DNA from: Ignavibacteria bacterium
GTDB lineage: Bacteria > Bacteroidota > Ignavibacteria > UBA10030 > SZUA-254
DNA: 64,000 nt
Assembly (NCBI GenBank): GCA_016178595.1
Contig: JACOSY010000053.1
Coordinates: 114 to 64,113, forward strand
Direction: 5' to 3'
The notes under the pieces were generated by a model. The model did not search any database and was not told where the DNA came from. It was given only the letters and a program-made list of their open reading frames with translations. Shown one piece after another: positions 58,557 to 64,000 of the stretch (positions within the stretch are counted from its first letter, which is position 1; every line of letters begins with the position of its first letter). The translations under genes and the position numbers were made by a program.

Positions 58557-58564
58557 GGATTGTT
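58506..58564 (+). repeat. 59-bp perfect direct repeat, copy 1 (3' end of VIT1 gene incl. stop)
   Basis: ggcgggcttgccgcagcggcagcgtacttcattgcaaggttgattgcgtgaggattgtt; identical copy at 58698-58756; the preceding ~18 nt are also related but differ only at synonymous positions. Confidence 0.85.
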
Positions 58565-58613
58565 TGCTCGTTCCACCGCAGAGCAACCGACACATCGACC
58601 CTCTCCCCTCGTT

Positions 58614-58823
58614 CCCCTCTCCCAATTTGGGAGAGGGGATGGCTCCGACGGAGTCGGAGACAGAGGAGAGGGTCAGACGCTGCACACACTCACCGTCGGC
58701 GGGCTTGCCGCAGCGGCAGCGTACTTCATTGCAAGGTTGATTGCGTGAGGATTGTTCGTCTCGTTCCCAAACTCCGTTTGGGAACGTCTTCAGATGTGCG
58801 CTCCCAAGCAGAGCTTGGGAGCG
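58614..58823. repeat. cluster of three palindromic hairpins sharing a TCCCAA..TTGGGA core (REP-like)
   Basis: H1 cccctctcccaa-t-ttgggagagggg (58614-58638); H2 gttcccaaac-tcc-gtttgggaac (58763-58785); H3 cgctcccaagc-aga-gcttgggagcg (58799-58823); located between the convergent VIT1 and LamG genes. Confidence 0.7.
58698..58756 (+). repeat. 59-bp perfect direct repeat, copy 2
   Basis: Identical to 58506-58564; lies inside a 62-aa ORF (58560-58748) whose C-terminal 28 aa duplicate the VIT1 C-terminal TM helix. Confidence 0.85.
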
Positions 58824-58859
58824 AGCTATAGTTCAACTGTCGAACAACGATGGGGCCCG

Positions 58860-59693
58860 TTACTTGTGCACGCTGTAGAGGAACTGGATCTGGGCCGGGG
58901 TCAAAGCCCTGCTGTAGATGCGAAGATCATCCATCGTTCCTCTGAGCGGTGTATGCTCGCTAAGATTCTCTTCCGACCAGCCAATGATCATCGGATACGA
59001 ATTGACATTGAACGATGAGTACGAATCTTCCACTTCCTCCGTCAGCACGCCGTCGGCGTAGATCTGCATGCGATGGCTTACACGGTCGACGATGAACGTG
59101 AAGAACACCCACTGGCCGACGCTGTATGAATGGTGATCGGAATCGAGCTCATGCATCCCCGATCCATCACCTGCCGATTTCCATTGCGGATACCATGTAG
59201 TGACATTCTGTTTCGAGTAGATGCTATACTCCCTGTTCTCAAAGTACCCGACGACGGGTCCACCCTTGACGACGATGTCCATGTAGTTACTCTGGATGCT
59301 ATCCACGCGGAGCCACATGCTGACCGAAAGTTGGTTCACGGGGTTGAGAGAAGGGCTGTTCAAAACAACAATATAGTTATTGAGCCCGTTGAAACGGTAG
59401 GCGCTGGCCGGGTTACCCCATTTGTCCGGCACATAGGTCGCATTATTCGCCTTGCCGTTGTTCCCATTGCCGCTCACATCCAACGTGTTCCCGTCGAATG
59501 TCATGTGCAGGACGATACCCGAGGTGATATCGCTATCATCGTGCATCGGGCTGACGAAAAATGTAATGCTGTCGATATCGCTCAGATTAAATTCGTTCAC
59601 ACCGCTGTGTGTGTGAATCCTCATGGTCTGTGCATAACAGATGGATGCACCGGCGAGCATCCAGCAAACGAGAGAAAGGGCGATTGTTTTCAT
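58860..59693 (-). CDS. LamG/concanavalin-A-like lectin domain secreted protein
   Basis: Signal peptide MKTIALSLVCWMLAGASICYAQ; LamG-like block GNGKANNATY...AYRFNG...SVSMWLRV...DDLRIYSRALTPAQIQ. Confidence 0.65.
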   Translation of the reverse strand: MKTIALSLVCWMLAGASICYAQTMRIHTHSGVNEFNLSDIDSITFFVSPMHDDSDITSGIVLHMTFDGNTLDVSGNGNNGKANNATYVPDKWGNPASAYRFNGLNNYIVVLNSPSLNPVNQLSVSMWLRVDSIQSNYMDIVVKGGPVVGYFENREYSIYSKQNVTTWYPQWKSAGDGSGMHELDSDHHSYSVGQWVFFTFIVDRVSHRMQIYADGVLTEEVEDSYSSFNVNSYPMIIGWSEENLSEHTPLRGTMDDLRIYSRALTPAQIQFLYSVHK

Positions 59694-59719
59694 AGGTGTG
59701 CGTCCCATTGTTCCAGTGA

Positions 59720-60205
59720 CTATTTGAGGAAAAGCATTTTTTTCGAAACGACCTTCGTGCCTGCTGCGACCCGATAGATGTATAATCCGCTTGCCACACT
59801 CCGGCCCCCATCGTCTGTTCCATCCCACACTACTTCGTGGCTCCCAGCCGGTTGAACGTTCGATGCATAGTGTCTCACAAGTTGACCGACGATATTGAAG
59901 ATCGTGACTATAACTTCGGATGCGCCCGGAAGCTCGTAGCGTATGGTTGTCGTAGGATTGAAGGGGTTGGGATAATTCTGAAACAACGTAAATGTCTTGA
60001 TCAGCGACCGCGCATTTTCAATATCTCTCACGTTCGTTATGGAGCCGAAGGTGATCTTTGTGATGTCGGCAACGGGAAAGGATCTCGTCGAGCCGTTCTT
60101 CAACTTGATCGTTAACTGCACCGATTGCGAGGGCGCGATCGTCACGGAGATTGCCGTGAGTGCACCAAGAAAGAGCGATCGTATGTATGCATGACCCTGT
60201 TTCAG
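59720..60205 (-). CDS. small T9SS cargo protein (C-terminal sorting domain), apparent CTG start
   Basis: C-terminus FQNYPNPFNPTTTIRYELP...GLYIYRV; my in-frame upstream read gives a signal peptide (L)KQGHAYIRSLFLGALTAISVTIA bounded by TAA; there is no in-frame ATG/TTG, and the only in-frame GTG is the ORF-track start at 60143-60145, which lies 3' of the h-region and would drop the signal peptide; CTG at 60203-60205 sits 6 nt after AGAGGA. Confidence 0.6.
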   Translation of the reverse strand: MKQGHAYIRSLFLGALTAISVTIAPSQSVQLTIKLKNGSTRSFPVADITKITFGSITNVRDIENARSLIKTFTLFQNYPNPFNPTTTIRYELPGASEVIVTIFNIVGQLVRHYASNVQPAGSHEVVWDGTDDGGRSVASGLYIYRVAAGTKVVSKKMLFLK

Positions 60206-60452
60206 ATGAATTCCTCTGATTTAGTTCTCCCCCAAGACAAGACGACAGAATATAAGTCTTTGGTTTTTTAATGTCAATACCTTGCACACTGTTTGCCGGC
60301 AAAGGGAATTATCTCTTTGGAATTCACCGCCGGAATTCTTACATTTGCTGCGATGAGTTTTGAAGCGTCTTCCGAGTTGATAAATTGCTTCGAACATGCG
60401 AATCGGCAATGAATGTGAGTATTGTTTTATGAACAAGAAATGGGAGTAACGC

Positions 60453-60830
60453 GTGACACCGACACATCCTACACACCGCATCCTTATCGTCGACGACGAG
60501 GATGATCTTCGCGAGCTGCTCAGTCATGTACTCAGCACACAGGGTTACGAAATCCAATCGGCATCAAACGGCGAAGAAGCGATTGCCGCGTTGCAGCGAG
60601 GATCGTACGATCTTGCACTTCTCGATATTCAAATGCCCAAGATGAACGGCATCCAGGTGCTGCAATTCATCAACAAGAACGCTCCATCCACCAAAGCCAT
60701 CATGCTCACCGGCTATTCCGATCTGAAGAACGCCATGGAGGCAAGAGAATTCGGTGCACGCGATTTTATCAGCAAGCCGTACAAGCTTGACGATATTCTG
60801 TCGACGATTCAACGCGTCCTTCATGAGTGA
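60453..60830 (+). CDS. single-domain response regulator (CheY-like receiver)
   Basis: ILIVDDEDDLRE...DLALLDIQMPKMNG...AIMLTGYSD...K; Asp phosphoacceptor context. Confidence 0.85.
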   Translation: MTPTHPTHRILIVDDEDDLRELLSHVLSTQGYEIQSASNGEEAIAALQRGSYDLALLDIQMPKMNGIQVLQFINKNAPSTKAIMLTGYSDLKNAMEAREFGARDFISKPYKLDDILSTIQRVLHE

Positions 60831-60852
60831 CAGCGCCTGATATTCTGATCCG

Positions 60853-62112
60853 ATGATTGAAGAACTCAAAAATATTTCCGGCAAAGTACCCCTCGAGCAG
60901 TTTGACATCACCTCGTTCGCGAAAGAGAAAATCCGCGACATGTTTCGCCAGGGAAAGGTTCCAACGGCCGATGCAATGGTCGACGAGATCATCCTCCGCG
61001 CGGTGAAAGAAGGCGCTACCGATATCCACTTTGAGCCTGCCGAACAGGAACTTCGCGTGCGGATGGGGTTCGAAGGCATCATGAAGCGAATGGTGTCGCT
61101 TCCCAAGGACATCTCGGAGAATCTCGCGAACGTCTTAAAAACGAAAGGTTCCCTGAACGCCTTCGAGAAGAAGAAACCGCAGGAGGGTCGGTTCTCGATC
61201 ACGATAGGCGCCCTGCAGTTCGACCTGCGGATCAGCACAGTCCCTGTGTTGCATGGTGAACGAGTCGCGCTCAGAATTCTTCAGAAGAATGCTCGTGTCG
61301 CAAACGTCGAAGAACTCGGGTTCTCGAAAGAAAACTTGAATAGGGTTCGATCTCTCCTGCGTCGACCGACGGGACTTTTTCTCGTCACCGGGCCTTCCGG
61401 ATCCGGAAAGAGTACCACAGTGTATGCCTCGGTCAACGACATCCAATCGTCTGAAAAGAATATCATCACCGTTGAAAACCCGGTCGAGTACAAGCTCGAC
61501 TTTGCCTCGCAGGTACCGACGGGCATCGATAAATCTTTCACATTCGTCGATGCTCTTCGGGCAATCCTCAGGCAGAATCCCAACATCATCATGCTCGGCG
61601 AGATTCGAGACGCTGAAACCGGAATCGTCGCCGCAGAAGCAGCGCTCACGGGTAATCTCGTCTTAAGCACGATGCTCTCCAGCGATGCTGTTGGAACGAT
61701 CTTCCGGCTTCTCAACCTTGGTATCCCTCCCTACTGGCTGGCGACGACATTGATCGGCGTTGTGTACCAGCAGCTTGTGAGGAAAATCTGTGAATCGTGT
61801 AAGGAAGAGTATCAACTAACCGAGGCAGAGCGCCACGGATTGTTTGTACACATGCTCTCGGGTCAAACGAAGTTCTATCGCGGTAAAGGATGCGAGAAGT
61901 GCGGCGGCTCGGGGTATCTCGGTCGCAGCGCCATTCACGAAGTCCTGAGCATCAATGACGAGATGCGCGATCTCATGTACCAGCAAGCTTCGATCCTCAA
62001 GTTGAAGGAGGCAGCACGAGCCGGCGGCTTCGAGAGTATTTTCCAGGATGGCATGCGGAAGATCGCATCGGGCATCACGACCGTCGCGGAGTTTTCCCGA
62101 GCACTCGGATAA
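60853..62112 (+). CDS. type II/IV secretion system ATPase (GspE/PilB family, short form lacking the N1 domain)
   Basis: Walker A GPSGSGKST, Asp box, Walker B IIMLGEIRD, His box, tetracysteine CESC...CEKCGGSGY. Confidence 0.8.
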   Translation: MIEELKNISGKVPLEQFDITSFAKEKIRDMFRQGKVPTADAMVDEIILRAVKEGATDIHFEPAEQELRVRMGFEGIMKRMVSLPKDISENLANVLKTKGSLNAFEKKKPQEGRFSITIGALQFDLRISTVPVLHGERVALRILQKNARVANVEELGFSKENLNRVRSLLRRPTGLFLVTGPSGSGKSTTVYASVNDIQSSEKNIITVENPVEYKLDFASQVPTGIDKSFTFVDALRAILRQNPNIIMLGEIRDAETGIVAAEAALTGNLVLSTMLSSDAVGTIFRLLNLGIPPYWLATTLIGVVYQQLVRKICESCKEEYQLTEAERHGLFVHMLSGQTKFYRGKGCEKCGGSGYLGRSAIHEVLSINDEMRDLMYQQASILKLKEAARAGGFESIFQDGMRKIASGITTVAEFSRALG

Positions 62113-62206
62113 CTGCAAAAGGCTCCGCCCACCAATGTTACTTCATGCAATGGATTTTGCGAGGAATGCTATAGCAGGACTACGGTTCGCATGTGAAGGA
62201 ACGAAG

Positions 62207-62280
62207 TGCGCCCAGAGGGAGTCGAACCCCCAACCCTCAGATCCGAAGTCTGATGCTCTATCCAGTTGAGCTATGGGCGC
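62207..62280 (-). tRNA. tRNA-Arg (anticodon TCG)
   Basis: Reverse complement folds as acceptor GCGCCCA/TGGGCGC, anticodon stem TCAGA/TCTGA loop CTTCGGA, T-arm GGGGG-TTCGACT-CCCTC. Confidence 0.8.
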
Positions 62281-62836
62281 GATGTTTTGGGCAACTTCCT
62301 ACCGGATTTCCTACCCTCTGTTAGCAGTACTGTTAGCAATTTCCCGACCCGCTACTACTCTGCATGTATCATTAATTGAATAAAGATTGGGCGACCTGAA
62401 TCTACGGATTTGTTAGCAGAGATCCAAGAAGATGGCTGGGAGACAGGTGCATACCATATTTGTCTGCTTCCGAATTGAGGTTTTTATACTCGCTCGAGGA
62501 CAAGATCGTCTCTCGGGCGAATTAAGAACAGACTCAACGTAGATTTCGTACGTGTTCGGTTCCCTTACGTGAACCTTAACGACTCAGCAGCGCCTCTCCT
62601 CGTTAAAGAATTGGTTCTGCCCGATTCCAAGTGGTTCAAACTATTCGTTTCTCGCAGTGGGTCGTAATCCTTCCGATGGTTGCAGGTTCAAGTCCGGGGC
62701 ACGCTGCAGTGTGCACCTACAAAGTTGGAGGATCAAATTATTACCATTGGGGAACTCAAAATATAGGGACATCTTAGTCCATACCTTGAATTTTGTGTGT
62801 TGATTCTGTACCTTGCTCATCATTCAATTTGCTATC

Positions 62837-64000
62837 ATGCCGTTGGTCAGAGTTCGCATCTTCACGCTCTTTAAGATCTTGCAACTTGCGAGGATCATCC
62901 TTCTGCTGTTGTGTGTCACTCACTCCTCTTTGCGGGCACAGATTCTTCCCTTCCATTCCTACACCGTCAAAGACGGTCTCATCTCTAACAATATCAACAC
63001 GATCTATCAGGATTCACGTGGCTACATGTGGTTCGGAACCACGGACGGCATCAGTGTCTTCGATGGGCACACATTCACGAACTATTCAACTCACGATGGT
63101 CTTCCGCACAATTTCGTCAAGGACATTTTTGAGGACTGTATCTCTCCTGGCGAGATGTGGATCCTTGCAGGAGATCACGTCTGTCGATTTGCAACCGGAA
63201 ATTTCTTCACCTATCCACTTCAGGATTCTTTAGTCGGGTCGATCTACCAGGACCGCGAGGGTGTAGTCTGGTGCGGAACGAATCATGGACTGATCAAGAT
63301 CAAGGATAACAAAATCACTTCCTTCCGACCGCCTCTACTGGACGGTGGAATCGGACTTATTGCAGAGGTCAATGACTCTCTCCTCTGGTTTGCATCTCAG
63401 GGCCACGGTCTTGTCTCTTATTCACAAACCACTCAGACCTTCTCGATCGTTGATATAAGTCGGTACGGTCAGGCAACACTTTGGTCAATGTTCGGTGATC
63501 ACGATGGAAATTTGTGGTTGGGAATGAGTGACCATTATGTGCTGCGTATTCGTGGCAGGGATAGTGTTATGTCACGGAAGTTCCGGGGGTCAACATCGTG
63601 GCTGACTCATGACGGAAAAGGTATTCTCTGGCTCGGCGGCTATGAAGGGATCGGGAGTATCCCAAAGGATCAATTCGAGACGGGGCAATGCATAACCTAT
63701 ACTACGGAGAATGGTCTCCCCGAGAATACGGTTCGTTCTCTCTACGTAGACCGAGAGCAGAACCTCTGGGTCGGGGGACGCGATAAGGGGATCGCGAAGC
63801 TTTCTACAGTTCGTACGCTCGGGTTTGAGATCGGTATGCCGTCGGAATATGGCTTAGCCCACGACCTTCCGTATGCGGCGTCGGACAGCAATGGCCATAT
63901 CTGGGTGTTGACGGAGAAGGGTCTACAGGAATTCTGGAGGGACTTTTACGGACGATGGCAGCAATTTACGCACATCCCCGACCAGAAGATAAAGAAAAAC
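62837..64000 (+). CDS. two-component-regulator propeller (Reg_prop/Y_Y_Y) periplasmic sensor domain protein; 5' partial (continues past window)
   Basis: Signal/TM MPLVRVRIFTLFKILQLARIILLLLCV then >10 Reg_prop repeats (YQDSRGYMWFGT, GLIKIKDN, LWLGMSD, LWVGGRDKGI, GHIWVLTEKGL); no stop before 64000, so it is absent from the ORF track. Confidence 0.7.
   Translation, partial: MPLVRVRIFTLFKILQLARIILLLLCVTHSSLRAQILPFHSYTVKDGLISNNINTIYQDSRGYMWFGTTDGISVFDGHTFTNYSTHDGLPHNFVKDIFEDCISPGEMWILAGDHVCRFATGNFFTYPLQDSLVGSIYQDREGVVWCGTNHGLIKIKDNKITSFRPPLLDGGIGLIAEVNDSLLWFASQGHGLVSYSQTTQTFSIVDISRYGQATLWSMFGDHDGNLWLGMSDHYVLRIRGRDSVMSRKFRGSTSWLTHDGKGILWLGGYEGIGSIPKDQFETGQCITYTTENGLPENTVRSLYVDREQNLWVGGRDKGIAKLSTVRTLGFEIGMPSEYGLAHDLPYAASDSNGHIWVLTEKGLQEFWRDFYGRWQQFTHIPDQKIKKN

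Noticed and set aside
62560..62720. Possible tmRNA, RNase P RNA, SRP RNA or fifth tRNA
   Set aside because: A T-loop-like GGTTCAAGTCC and an AAGTCCGGG string are present, but I could not build a matching T-stem/acceptor, tag-peptide reading frame, P4 3' strand or SRP domain-IV motif; kept only as a low-confidence finding.
1..64000. CRISPR arrays, rRNA genes, IS elements, transposases or integrases
   Set aside because: No regularly spaced direct repeats, no rRNA-like conserved blocks, and no DDE/tyrosine-recombinase-like ORFs detected on either strand.

Overview
This 64-kb window looks like a chromosomal segment from an FCB-group bacterium (Bacteroidota/Ignavibacteriota/Rhodothermota-like). 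About 58% GC in the sequence lines I sampled (not counted window-wide), falling to an estimated 40-45% in three short islets; most genes on the minus strand; at least five proteins end in the type IX secretion (T9SS) C-terminal sorting motif (NYPNPFNP..).

Housekeeping content: ubiE/menG, rlmD, tRNA-Gly(CCC), isoaspartyl peptidase, tRNA-Val(TAC), yjjX, ndk, a rhodanese, sucD, gatA, tatA, purQ-purS, pssA-psd, purC, an O-antigen-ligase/TPR protein, tRNA-Gln(CTG), gdhA, cydAB, a VIT1 iron transporter, a CheY-like receiver plus a PilB/GspE-type ATPase, tRNA-Arg(TCG), and a partial periplasmic sensor-propeller gene at the 3' edge.

Accessory or unusual content:
(i) Two paralogous cassettes in mirror order, each an outer-membrane DUF5916/CBM9-like protein plus an ECF sigma, an anti-sigma and a HEAT-repeat periplasmic partner (3.5-14.2 kb). 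I read these as a candidate non-TonB cell-surface signalling system.
(ii) A third sigma-E/ChrR pair next to a fused double NicO (RcnA-like + HoxN-like) metal transporter, a TPR protein, and two tandem T9SS cargo proteins of the DUF4331 family whose mature N-terminus is SSHREAP.
(iii) Three low-GC islets: a DUF433/DUF5615 toxin-antitoxin-like pair; a nucleotidyltransferase plus overlapping small ORF; and a DinD-like / frameshifted GxxExxY / membrane-anchored HNH endonuclease cluster carrying 16-30 bp perfect palindromes.
(iv) A 59-bp perfect direct repeat that duplicates the 3' end of the VIT1 gene, flanked by a family of TCCCAA..TTGGGA hairpins.
(v) Two genes (gatA and a small T9SS cargo) whose only plausible start is a CTG preceded by a strong Shine-Dalgarno sequence.

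I found no rRNA, CRISPR array, transposase or integrase.
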